A DNA stretch of 64,000 bases from Mobula hypostoma (lineage: Eukaryota), in NCBI RefSeq assembly GCF_963921235.1, contig NC_086107.1, positions 101,558,001 to 101,622,000 on the forward strand, in the 5' to 3' direction. How positions within the stretch are numbered: position 1 is the stretch's first letter; the number at the start of each line of letters is the position of its first letter. Both the position numbers and the translations under genes were made by a program. Shown here piece by piece: positions 25,412-37,780 of this stretch. The notes beneath the pieces are model-generated. The model saw only the letters and a list, made by a program, of their open reading frames with translations, was not told where the DNA came from and made no database searches.

Positions 25412-26125
25412 TTATTGTTGGTGCACAAGCGGAACAGGTCAAAAGCTTTAAGTTCCTCGGGGTCAATATCACAAATGACCTGACTTGGTCCAACCAAGCA
25501 GAGTCCACGGCCAAGAAAGCCCACCTGCGCCTTTACTTCCTGAGAAAACTAAAGAAATTTGGCCTGTCCCCTAAAACCTTCACTAATTTTTATAGATGCA
25601 CTGTAGAAAGCATTCTTCTAGGGTGCATCACAACCTGGTATGGAAGTTGTCCTGTCCAAGACCGGAAGAAGTTGCAGAAGATCGTGAACACAGCGCAGCA
25701 CATCACACAAACCAATTTTCCGTCCTTGGACCCACTTTACAGCACACGCTGTCGGAGCAGTGCTGCCAGGATAATCAAGGACAGGACCCACCCAGCTAAC
25801 ACACTTTTCGTCCCTCTTCCCTCGGGGAGAAGGCTTAGGAGCTTGAAGACTCATACGGCCAGAGTTAGGAACAGATTTTTCCAATTGTGATAATACTGAA
25901 CGAATCCTGACCGGGATCCGGACCGTACCCTCCAAATATCCGGACCTGTCTCTCATTTTTTTGCACTACTTTACTTTCCCTTTTCTATTTATGATTTATA
26001 ATTTAAATTTTTAATATTTACTATCGACTTGTAATCCAGGGAGCACGAAGCACAGAATCAAATATCGCTGTGATGATTGTACGCTGTAGTATCAATTGTT
26101 TGGCGGCAATAAAGTAAATAAATAA
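25412..26125 (+). mobile_element. Rex1/Babar LINE 3' end
   Basis: FKFLGVNITNDLTWS...RLYFLRKLKKFGL...FYRCTVESILLGCITTWYG; 3' UTR ending caataaagtaaataaa. Confidence 0.88.
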
Positions 26126-26576
26126 TACACTACAATTTTGGTAAGTCTCTTCTGCGCCTTTTCCAAAGCCGGTGTGGTGAACAAAACTGCACAGAGTACT
26201 CTAAATTGGCCTAATCAAAGTTTTATACAGCCTCAATATGACTTCCCAACTTCCATACTCAATACTTTGACCCAAGATGACAAGCATGCTGTATGCCTTT
26301 TTTGCCACACTATCCTCTCGTGTTGCTACTTTTAGGGAGCTATGGACTTGTACCCCAAGACCCATCAGGTTTCTGACTCATTTTATAGATTGGGAAAAAT
26401 TAATACCTTTGACATCAAAGCAAGGTAGCAGCAGATTAAATCTATCTAAATTAAGAGTTACTGCAATTTCCAAAGCGGAGGATACACTTTCCTGCTGCTC
26501 TTCTCAAATTTAAATCCACCTTAATTATACAACTAATATTATACTGAATGAATCACAACTGCCGCAAGTTCATCTC

Positions 26577-26715
26577 GACAATACACACAAAATGTTGGAG
26601 GAAGTCAGCAGGCCAAGCAGCATCTATGCAAAAGAGTACAGTTGGCATTTCGTGCCCAGACCCTTCATCAGCACTGGAAAAAAAATGAGGAGTCAAAGTA
26701 AGAATTGTGAAGGAA
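26577..26715 (-). mobile_element. Penelope-like terminal fragment with degenerate hammerhead motif
   Basis: caatacacacaaaatgttggaggaagtcagcaggcc...cccttcatcagcactg. Confidence 0.65.
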
Positions 26716-27930
26716 CAGCCCTTTTCAAGTTGAGTCACAAATTCTCAAGTAGATTGAGGTCTGGACTCTGACTTGGCCACTCAAGGACATTAACTTGTTT
26801 TTAAGCCCAATTTCTGTGTAGCTTTGGCTTTTTGCCTGGGGTCATTGTCTTTCTGGAAAATAAATTCTCTCCCAAGTCTAAGTTCTTTTACAGATTGCAT
26901 CAGGTTTTCCTCCAAGACTTCCCTGTATTTTGCTAAATTCATTTTACTCTCTACCTTCACAAGCCTTCCAGGGCCTGCTGCAGTGAAACATCCCCACAGC
27001 ATGATGCAGCCACCACCATGCTTCATGGTAGGGATGGTCTGTTTTTGATGAAGTGCGGTGTTTGGCTTACACCAAACATAGCGTTTAGTCTGATGGCCAA
27101 AAAGCTCAATTTTGCTTTCATCAAACTGTAGAGAACTTCTTCCAGTTGATTTTAGAGTCTCCCACATGCCTTCTGGCAAACTCTAGCAGTTTTTTTTCCC
27201 CAACAGTGGCCTTCGCTTTGCCACTCTCCCATAAAGCTGCGACTGGTGAAGCACCCTATGGGCAGTCTCTCCCATCTCAGCCACTGAAGCCTGTAACTCC
27301 TCCAGAGCTGACATAGGTCTCTTGGTGGTCTCCCTCACTAGTCTCCTTCTTGCAAGGTCACTCAGTTTTTGAGGACAGCCTGCTCCAGACTTACAGCAGT
27401 TTATTTATTTTTTCCATTTCTCGATGATTGACTTAACTGTACTCCAAGGGATATTCAGTAACTTGGAAATTTCCTTGTATCCATCTCCTGACTTGTGCTT
27501 TTCAGTACCCTTTTCACAGAGTTGCTTGAAGTGTTCTTTTGTCTTCATGGTACAGTTTTTGCCAGGACCCTAACTCACCAACAGTTAGATATAGGTGTAT
27601 TTTGACTACAATCAATTGAAACACCTTGATTGCACACAGGTGATCACCATTTAACTAATTATGTGACTTCTAAAACCAATTGGCTGCAACAGTGATGATT
27701 TGGTGTGTCATATTAAAGAGGGTGAATACTTATGCAACCAATTTACTTTGTGTTTTATATTTGTAATTCATTTAGATCACTTTGTAGAGATCCTTTTCCA
27801 CTATGACATGAAAGAGTCTTTTTCTGTTGATCAGTGTCAAAAAAGTCAAATTAAATCCACTCTGATTCGATGTTATAAAGCAATAAAACATGAAAACTTC
27901 CAAGGGGGAGAATATTTTTTATGGGCACAG
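26715..27930 (-). mobile_element. Tc1-like (IR/DR) transposon, 3'-truncated
   Basis: DESKIELFG, KHGGGCIMLWGCF and DNDPRQ; long TIR ending ...gggcacag|TA at 27931-27932. Confidence 0.92.
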
Positions 27931-28079
27931 TACATCAAATGTAACTACATCTTAAAAAAAAGCAAGTCATCAACATGGCTTTAGTGCTTAAACGCTGAAA
28001 CAGTGATGAGTATCTCCAAGATCTTCTGCTATTGTTTTATGATTTCAATGAACAATTTTTCTTTATACTTCAGCATTAC

Positions 28080-28161
28080 CTGTGGCCTGGTCTCTCATGT
28101 GCAAGTATTCCACCAGTGCTTCCAGACAGTTAGATGCAGCACAGAAAAGCAGGTCATTTCC
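28080..28161 (-). CDS. MEI1: MEI1 coding exon (GNDLLFCAASNCLEALVEYLHMRDQAT)
   Basis: Acceptor caattacag, donor G|gtaatg; 82 nt, phase 0 to 1. Confidence 0.9.
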
Positions 28162-29428
28162 CTGTAATTGAATGTAAAATGCATTGGTGTCTATTAATAT
28201 ACATTTTTTACTACATCATCAAGACAATGGATATGATATCTGCTCTAGATGGAAATTATGCTTACTGAACCATCATCACTCTTTGTCTTGCTTATTCCCA
28301 TTTGCAGTTAATTTCAGCAGACCAGATTCATCTTCAAGATTAGGATTTATCAACATAATTTGGATGACCAACAAAACTCTGCGAACAAGCCAAACCAGAG
28401 AGGAGGAAGAAAATGTCCCAATCAAAGTGGTATTTTTTCTAGGACTAAAAGGGATATTCTCTCGGTCTCAAAAATTTTCTACACCTTTTCAGCATGACCA
28501 TTTATGTTTCTCTCAGGAGATTGCATATCATCTTGAATTAGAAAGACTTGTATCATAAAACATTACAGTGCCTATAAAAAGCATTTACTCCCCCTTGGAA
28601 GTTTTCATGTTTTATTGTTTTACAACATTGAATCAGAGTGGATTTAATTTGACTTTTTTGACACTGATCAACAGAAAAAGACTCTTTCATGTCAAAGTAA
28701 AAACAGATCTCTGCAAAGTGATTTAAATTAATTACAAATATAAACACCAAATAATTGATTGCATAAGTATTCACCCCCTTTAATATGACACACCAAATCA
28801 TCACTGGGTGTAGCCAAATGGTTTTAGAAGTCACATAATTAGTTAAATGGAGATCACCTGTGCATAATCAAGGTGTTTTAATTGATTGTAGTTAAAATAC
28901 ACCTCTACCTGGAAGGTCCAACTGGCGGTAATGCACCATTAAGCTGGATGCCAACCGCTGTAAAACAAGATACAGGTCCAACTGCTGGTGAGTCAGAGAT
29001 CTAGTAAAAACTATACCATGAAGACAAAGGAACACTCTAAGCAACTCTACAAAAAGATTATTGAAAAATGCAAGTCAGGAGATAGATGCAAGAACATTTC
29101 CAAGTCACTGAATATCCCTTGGAGTACAGTTAAGTCAATCATAAAGAAATGGAAAGAATATTGCACAGCTGTAAAAAAAAATCTGCCTAGAGCTGGCCAT
29201 CCTCAAAAACTGAGTGATTGTGCAAGAAGGGGACTATTGAGGGAGGCCACTGAGAGACCTATGACCACTCTGGAGGAGTTACAAATTTCATTGGCTGAAA
29301 AGTGAGTGTGGCAAAGAGAAACCCACTGTTGGAAAAACTCTCATGAAATCTCATCTACAGTTGACCAGAAGGCATGTGGGAGAGTGTGAAATCAGCCGGA
29401 AGAAGCTTTTATGGTCTAATGAAACCAA

Positions 29429-31738
29429 TAAGAACATAAGAAATAGGAGCAGAAGTAGGCACCTAGCCCGTCGAGCCTGCTCAGCCTTTCAATAAAATCA
29501 TGGTTGATCTGATAATGGACTCATCTCCACCTACCTGCCTTTTCCCTATAATCCTTAATTCCCCTATGCAAAAATCTATCCAACCTTGTCTTAAATATAT
29601 TTGCTGAGGTAGCCTCCACCACTTCATTGGGCAGAGAGTTCCACAGATTCACCCCTCTCTGGGGAAAAGCAGTTCCTCCTTATCTCTGTCCTAAATCTAC
29701 TCCCCCAAATCTTGAAGCTATGTCCTCTAGTTCTAGTCTCCCCTATCCGTGGAAACAACTTTTCTGCCTCCACCTTATCTATCCCTTGCATAATTTTATA
29801 TGTTTCTATAAGATATCCTCTCATTCTTCTGAATTCCAGTGAGTATAGTGCCAGGCTAGACTCCTCATGGTCTAACCCCTTCATCTCTGGAATCAACCTG
29901 GTGAACCACCTCTACACTGCCTCCAAAGCCAGTATAACCTTTCTCAAGTAAGGAGACCAAAACTACATGTAGTACTCCAGGTGTGGCCTCACAAGTATCC
30001 TGTACATTTGGAGCATAACCCCTCTGCTCTTAAATTCAATCCCTTTAGCAATGAAGGTCAACATTCCATTTGCCGCCTTGATAGCCTGCTACACCTGCAA
30101 GCCAACCTCTGTGATTCATGCACAAGCACTCCCAAGTCCCTCTGCACAGCAGCATACTGCAATTTTTTTTTACCATTTAAATAATAACCTGCTCTTTCAT
30201 TTTTCCTTCCAAAGTAGATGACCTCACATTTACCAGCATTGTATTCCATCTGCTAGACCCTTGCCCACTCACTTAACTCTCTGCAGTCTCTCTACATCTC
30301 TCTGCTCAATTTGTTTTTCCGCTCAATTTGTTTTTCCACTCAATTTAGTATCAGCAAACTTAGATACATTACACTCGGTCTCCTTTTCCAGATTGTTAAT
30401 GAATATCATGAACAGTTGTGGGCCCAGCACTGACCTCTACAGCACACTAACACACATGTATCCGAACTCTCTGCTTTCTATAAGTTAACCAAGCCTCTAT
30501 CCATGCTAATACATCAAGCCTAACTCTATGCATCCCTACCTTATGAATAAATCTTCTATGCGGCACCTTATCGAATGCCTTCTGGAAATCCAAGTAAATA
30601 ATGTCTATCTGTTCCCCTCTATCCTCAAAGAACTCCAGTAAGCTTGTCAAACAGGACCTGCATTTGCTGAATCCATGCTGTGTCTGCCTGATGGATCCAT
30701 TTCTTTCCAGATGCCTCAGTATTTCTTCTTTAATGATAGCTTCAACTATTTTCCCAACTACAGATGTTAAACTAACCGGCCTATAGTTATCTGCCTTTTG
30801 CCTACATCCTTTTCTGAACAGTGGTGTCACATTCACCATCTTCCAATCGCTGGGACCTGCCCAGAGTCCAGAGAATTTTGGTAAGTTATCACCAAAGTCT
30901 CTACTATAACTTCTACCATCTCTTTCAGTACCCTGGGATGCATTCCATCAGGACCAGGGGACTTATCTATCTTCAGGTCCACAAGTTTCCTCAGCACTAC
31001 CTCATCAGAGATAGCTTTTGTATCAAGGTCCTCAGCTCCCATTGCATCCATAACATTTCTCTTTGGTATGTAAGATGTGTCCTCCACCATGAAGACCGAC
31101 ACAAATTAGTCATTCAAAGCCTCTGCCACTTCCTCATTACCCAATAGCAATTCCCCCTTCTCGTCCTCCAAGGCACCTACGTTCACTTTAGCCACCCTTT
31201 CCCACTTTATATAATTATAAAAACTTTTACTATTTTGTGCTAGTTTTTATATTTTGAGCTAGTTTATTTTCATAATCCACTTTCCCTTACTTTATTGTTC
31301 ACTTAGTGGTTTTTTTGTTGCTTTTTAAAGTTTTCCCAGTCTTCCAGTTTCTCACTACTCTTGGAGACTTTGTACGCACAAGCTTTTGGTTTGATGCTGT
31401 CTTTTATTTCCTTAGTTAACCAAGGCTGGCTCTCCCCACCTGTACTATCCTTGTTTTTAACTGGAATATACTTCTCTTGAGCACCGTGAAAAATCTCTTT
31501 GAAAGTCTTCCACTGTTACTCAACTATCCCACCATACAGCCTGTGTTTCCAGTCTACACTAGCCAAATCCTCCCTCATCTCAGTGTAGCCTCCATTGTTT
31601 AGGTACAATACACTGGTTTTCAATCCAACTACTGTACCCTCCATTTGTATGAGAAACTCAATCATACTGTGATCAGTCTTTCCAAGAGGATCCCTAACCA
31701 TAAGATCACTAATTTTACCTGTCTCATTGCACATAGCT
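29429..31738 (-). mobile_element. CR1 LINE (about 2.3 kb, degraded ORF2) inserted in the Tc1 transposase
   Basis: KSPGPDGMHPRVLKE, NYRPVSLTSVVGK, YLDFQKAFD; tail aagaacataagaaatagg on the plus strand. Confidence 0.93.
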
Positions 31739-32393
31739 CAAAATTGAACTTTTTGCCCATTAGACTAAATACCATGTTTGGCGTAAGCCAAACACCACAC
31801 ATCATCAAAAGCATACCATCTCTACCATGAAGCATGGTCGTGGCTGCATCATGCTGTGGGGATGTTTCACTGCAGCAGGCCCTGGAAGGCTTGTGAAGGT
31901 AGAGGGTAAAATGAATTCAGCAAAATACAAGAAAATCTTGGAGGAAAACCTGATGCAATCTGCAAAAGAATTTAGACTTGGGAGAGAATTTATTTTCCAG
32001 GAAGACAATGACCCCAAGCACAAAGCCAAATCTACACAGAAATTGGGCTTAAAAACAAGTTAATGTCCTAGAGTGGCCAAGTCAGAGTCCAGACCTCAAT
32101 CTAATTGAGAATTTGTGGCTCGACTTGAAAAGAGCTGTTCCCTCACGATTCCCAAGCAATCTGACAGAGCTTGAGCAGATTTGTAAAGAAGAATGGGGAA
32201 AAATTGCAGTGTCCAGATGTGCAAAGTTGATAGAGACCTATCCACACAGACTCAAGGGGGTGATTACATATGCAATTATTTTTTGTGTTTTATATTTGCA
32301 ATTAATTTAGATCACATTGTAGAGATCTGTTTTCACTTTGATATGAGTCATTTTCTGTTGATTGTGTCAAAAAAAAAAGCCAAATTAAATCCA

Positions 32394-32457
32394 AGCAACA
32401 TGCTTCAAATTTTGTGTGTGTTTTTTGGAGTTCCAGCATCTGCAGATTTTCTCGTTT
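32394..32457 (+). mobile_element. 64-bp Penelope-like terminal insertion in the Tc1 right TIR
   Basis: ttttgtgtgtg...ttccagcatctgcagattttctcgttt; 13-bp TSD caaattaaatcca at 32381-32393 and 32458-32470. Confidence 0.75.
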
Positions 32458-32967
32458 CAAATTAAATCCACTCTGATCTAATGTTGTAAAACAATAAAAC
32501 ATGAAAACTTCCATGGGGTGTGAATACGTAGGCACTGTATAAGCAGTCATTTGCCATATCATGCTTGTAATAGCCCTTGAATAAGCAATTAAATCAATCC
32601 CTTTCCTTATTTTTCTCCATAGTAGAGCACCTTTTATTGTTTTTCAAAATATAGCGATAATACTGTTACCTATCTGCTTCCACCACTCTCTCAAGCAGAG
32701 CATTCCAGTGTAACAACACATTCTGAATAATTTTTCCTCTTTGTACCTCTGGTGCTTTTGTCAATCACTTTAAATTTTGTACATGGTGACAGAATGCAGG
32801 CTGTGATTAAAAAAAACATCAGAAGTTGGCAATTTTTGGACTGAAGTGTGATAACTACTATAGCAGTCATTGTTTACAGATGTTTAATTATGACAACAGA
32901 TTATGTAAACAGATATCTAAAAATTATTTTCAGCATTTAGTACTTTTTGTTCAAGGAATGTATTTAC

Positions 32968-33146
32968 CTGAGCTAGAACGTTCTGTAGATGGAAAAAGAG
33001 CGACAAGACTTTTTGATAGGAGAATGGATATAGCGAGGCATCCTGATCTGATAGTGGTTGATTCTTGATGTTAGTTGCAGTAATAACAAGCAGAGGAGAT
33101 ATTAAGTTGTGTCTTAGAACTGTCTTCAAAAATTGAAGAATACATA
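32968..33146 (-). CDS. MEI1: MEI1 coding exon (VCILQFLKTVLRHNLISPLL...FHLQNVLAQ)
   Basis: Acceptor tttttttcccag, donor CAG|gtaaat; 179 nt, phase 1 to 0; overlaps ORF 32917..33129. Confidence 0.9.
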
Positions 33147-33482
33147 CTGGGAAAAAAAGTCAATAACATGGCGTAGTTGAAAAAATTCACAATATTTTAG
33201 CAGATAATTATATACAGTTTCAGATGAAATGTGTGATATTTTATCAAGTAACAATGGCAATACCTGTATCATAAAATAATACAAGCAATAGGAAGTTATT
33301 TGACATATGTTTGTAACAAATTTTTGAGTGACCTAAAAAATTAATCCAATTCCTCTGATCTTTCTCCATAGTTTACCATTTTAATTTTTTTCCAATTTAC
33401 ATCAATCTTCATGTGTAAAACATAGCATATTACTTATATTTAAAGGGAGGTAAGAGATAAAAAGGCAAATAAACAGTTGAAT

Positions 33483-33615
33483 CATAGACACATGATGTAT
33501 TGCAGATGATGGAATTCTACAGCAATACACACAACGTGCTGGAGGAGCTGAGCAGGTCAGGCAGCAGTTATGGATGGGACTAAACAGTCGACATTTTGGG
33601 CTGAGACCCTTCATC
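33483..33615 (-). mobile_element. Penelope-like terminal fragment with degenerate hammerhead motif
   Basis: tgcagatgatggaa...cagtcgacattttgggctgagacccttcatc; flanking direct repeat acagttgaat at 33473-33482 and 33616-33625. Confidence 0.7.
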
Positions 33616-34199
33616 ACAGTTGAATTAGTCACAGCCTTTAGACACATCCAGGTGAGCTTTGCTTGCAAGGCCAACATCTGTTCATTCATAATTGCTCTTG
33701 AGAGGGAAGTGGTAAGCCACCTTACTGAACAGCCACTATCGTTCTGAAGAAAGTACTTCCAACTGTGTGGTTGGGAACAGTAATCCAGGATTTAGACACA
33801 ACAACTGTGCTGCTGGGAAGGATGATTTGGAGTTAGGTCCAGCAACAATGAACATATGACAATATATTTCCAGGTCAAGATGATGTCTCAATTGGAAGGA
33901 GCCCAAGGAGGAGGCATTCTTGTTCACCTTCTAATCTTGCATTTCTTGATGGTAGACCTCAAACATTTAAGAAGTGCTATTGCAAAAGATTAGATAGTAA
34001 CTGCAGCACATTTTGTAGATATGGAATTGCCCTTTGCATTTTGCACATGTGAAGAGGCAATTCTGGACCAAATTTGAATCACAGAAGGACGTTTAACAGC
34101 TGTGGCAGGGCTTGAATGCAAAACCAAGCAATATTTATGATGAGGTTTTGTTCCAAGATTAGCTTAATGCCTGTTATACTCGCTTTGAACAAGAGCATG

Positions 34200-36215
34200 A
34201 AGGCACTTCATGAACTCCCACAACTCCCAATGACCCCGTTATTTTAGTCTCTGAGGCCAATGTGAGAGCATCCTTCAGGAGGGTGAACCTATAGAAAGTA
34301 CCTGGCCCAGACAGTGTACCTGGCCAAATTCAGAAGACTTGTGCTAATCCATTGGCTGGAGTGTTTAATGACATCTTTAACCTCTCACTTTGGCAGTCGA
34401 AGGCACCCACCTCCTTCAAGCAGGTTTCAATCATTTTGGTGCCCAAGAAGGTGGTAATTACCTGCCTTGATTTATGACTATCATCCAGTAGCACTTAAAT
34501 CCACTGTGATGGAGTTCTTTGAGAAACCGGTCATGAAGCGCTTGCCTGGGGAGTGACTTGGATCCACTCCAATTTGCCTACCGCCACAACAAGTCAACAG
34601 CAGATGCCATTTCATTGGACGGTGAGGATGCATACATCAGGATGCCCTTCATTGACTACAGGTCATCCCCCTCAAAAACTTTAATCACTATTGTACACCT
34701 GGATCTTTGATTTCTTAATTTACAGACCCCAGTCAGTTTGAATTGGCAACATCTCCTCAGCACAGGTACACCACAAGGTTGTGTGCTTATCCCCCTACTC
34801 TACTCGCTTTAAACTTATAACTTAGGCTAAACACAGCTCCAATGCCATATTTAAGCTTACTGATGACGCCACTGTTATTGGCCGAACAAGTGGTGATGAT
34901 TAGTATATATCAGGAAGATTGAAAATCTAGATGAATGGTGCCACAAGCCCTTAATCAAATTAGCGAAACAAAAGAGCAGGTTATTGACTACAGGGGGATG
35001 AAACTGAAAGTCCACCAGCCAGTCCTCATTAGGGGATTGGAGGTGGAGAGGTTCAGTAACTTTAAATTCCTAGGCTTTATGATATCAGAAGATCTGTCCT
35101 GGGACTAGCATGCAAGTCCTATCATGATTGAGAGTTTCTTAGAAGTTTGTGTAGCATGTCATCAAAAACTTTGACAAACTTCTATTGATGCACTGTAGAG
35201 AGCAACATTTCCTCTACATATTTTTACAGTTGTGAGGCTCTGAGCATGAAATTTTTACATGGTCTGAAAACTACATTGCACCTTAAATGTTTTTTTTCTC
35301 TCTGGAATAAGCATATTATGGCATCAGCGTTCAGCGGGCCGGTGGTTAATTAACAATGAGCATCTGACTTCCATTCTGTGTTTTAATGTTTCAATTTGTA
35401 ACCGTTGTAAGTTGAAACTGATAATGTAAAAGCTCTAAAATGTTTCAAAGTAAAGGTTGTGGTACATTTATTATTCAGAAAATTTATGGATTATATTCAT
35501 TAACACATAATTACTGTATATTTCACAATTATATTAATATTTAAAAATCATATTAATATTATATAAAACAAAATTCCAGCTGTGCGGTGACAAAGGATAT
35601 GTGCACAGCAGCATTTTAGTTAGTGCAATGCCATGAACCTGTGCAGCTTTGAGGGAACACTGGTGGAGAATATCCTAACTGGTTGCATCACGGCCTGCTA
35701 GGGATACACCAATGGCTAGAAATGGAAAAGTTTACAGAAAGTGATGGATACAGTCCAGTCTCTCACAGGCACATCTATAAGAAGCAGTGCCACAAGAAAG
35801 TAGCATCCATCATCAAGAACACCCACCATTCAGGTCATGTTCTCTTCTAGCTGCTGCAGGAGGTACAGGAGACTTTAGGTTCCACACCACCAAGTTCAGG
35901 AACAGTCATTACCTCTCAACCATCAGCTCCTGAACCAGTGTGAATAACTACACTCACCTCAACTTGGAAGTGATTCCACAACCTGTGGACTCACTTTTAA
36001 GTACTGCACACCATTGCTCTCAGCATTATTTATTTATCATTTTTATTTGGATTTGCAGTTTGTCTTCTTTTGCACATTGGTTGTTTGTCAATCTTTGTGT
36101 ATAGCATTTAATTGTTTCTACTGTTCTACTATAAATGCCTGCAAGAAAATTAATCTCAAGGTAGCATATGGTGATATATACACATATTGAGAATAAATTT
36201 ACTTTAAACTTTGAT
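34200..36215 (+). mobile_element. Older Rex1/Babar LINE (RT to 3' UTR), split by a MITE
   Basis: DLDPLQFAYRHN, GTPQGCVL and FKFLG remnants; tail aataaatttactttaaactttg. Confidence 0.82.
35203..35662. mobile_element. hAT-like MITE (460 bp)
   Basis: Degenerate TIRs caacatttcctcta / tttgagggaacactg; 8-bp near-TSD gtagagag / gtggagaa; removing it rejoins the Rex ORF. Confidence 0.6.
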
Positions 36216-36499
36216 GGACCATGAATGGTGAAAGGAGTAAATTTTTAGACTAGTGAATAGTGTGTCAGTCAAGTAGCCAGCTGTGTGCTGAATGGTATCG
36301 AGTTTCTTGAGAGTTGGTGGACCAGCTAGACAAATGGAAAATATCAGACTGTAATACATAAGAGCAGAATTGGGCTGTTCAGCCCATTAAGCCTACTTGC
36401 CCATTTGATCATGGTTGATTTATCTTCCCTCACAACCCCATTCTCCTGTCTTCTCCCCACAACCTTTGATTCCCCTACTGATCAAAAACCTATCAACTC

Positions 36500-37015
36500 T
36501 TATAATTATAACTCAAAAATATAAAAACTAATTAAAAGAAAGACACAGGAGTCTGAAATGTGAGTCTCAGTTTTTAACTGAGGTGCACACATATCACTTG
36601 TTAGCGCCATGATGTATGCAGTTCACTTATTTTTACATATAACCCCCTAATGAATTAAAGAATGCTTAATCAACAACATATTTACAAGATTAGTCAAATA
36701 TTACTTAAATATTAAATACTTAACACTCTCCCTGCTTAGCTATAAAGTCCAACTCAATATAGAATGCATCTCAACCATATACACAGTATGGTACATAATA
36801 CAACTAACTACTATACAGACATCCACAGCATAGTAAATTTTAAATTGTCCAATTCAGGCCTAAAGACTTAATCGCTGTCGGGATTTCTTACTCTTGTGGG
36901 ATAACACCTTTCCTGACAAGGATGCACTTTACTTCACATGTGAGATTTGTGACTGCGAAACAATCTCAGGTTCTGGGGCCTCATCCATGTTGGTAGTAGG
37001 AGTTAATTATTTCTT
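36500..37015 (-). mobile_element. Gypsy 3' LTR, PPT and post-integrase remnant
   Basis: Similar to 39676-40200; PPT complement ctctccctgctta next to the LTR end ttaaca. Confidence 0.75.
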
Positions 37016-37169
37016 CTTCTTCTAGTTTGTGCATCTTCATCTTGGGAAGGTGCGTTTAGTTCACTGGAGTATTGTCTTATTAATCCTTCTATTGCTCCCT
37101 TTATGATCTGATCTCTCCTCTTGGTTTTCTCATCCACATCATCTGACGAGTCCTGTCATCATATCTCCA

Positions 37170-37780
37170 TTGACTCCTTTCTTTTTGTCCTTCTATTCAT
37201 CTAACTGTGCTGTGGTCTTTGCATCTACTTTTACAAGCCGGTTTTTGTCTCTCACTTTATCCTTAAAACAGAGAATTGTGTCTATTCCCCTGATTATACA
37301 ATCCCCAATTATAACTACTGTATATTTCTCTTCTCTCCACTGTTTTGAATAGCTCCCTGAATCACAGTGCCTTGGTTCAGTTGCACATCCTTCCATCAGC
37401 CCCCACACTCATCCTCACAGGGAGAAATGTTCTCAGACCTATTGGCCAAGCTCCTCCAGCACTACCTCTTGGATTTCCCCTAACTGCCTCATCCTCTTGT
37501 CTCTGACTGCATACCAAATTTGAAGTAATTAATCTAATGCATGTGACTGCCTCTTGAAACACCGTGCCCAGATAATTCTTCCCCTCCTTGATGCACTGCT
37601 GCATTTGAAACTCAGCTTTCAGGTCATCAGCTTTGAGTCTGAGTCTCTCAAGGAGCCAACACTTACTACAGATGTGGTCATCAGGAACCACAACGGGGTC
37701 CACCAGCTCTTACAAGCAGCCACAACACATCACCTGATGATGCTTTTTTTAATTGATTGTAATTTGTTTCCTTTTTTTAA
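37170..37780 (-). mobile_element. CR1 ORF1 remnant (zinc finger and esterase start)
   Basis: PDDHICSKCWLLERLRLK; VVIIGDCIIRGIDT. Confidence 0.7.

Larger units (their letters stand above)
28566..32537 (+). mobile_element. Tc1-like (IR/DR) transposon with both TIRs and TA TSD, interrupted by a CR1 and a PLE fragment
   Basis: TA|cagtgcctataaaaag ... taggcactg|TA; inner direct repeat ataagtattcaccccc; MKTKEHSKQL, WSNETK|IELF, DNDPKH and SPDLNLIENLW; frameshifted. Confidence 0.93.
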
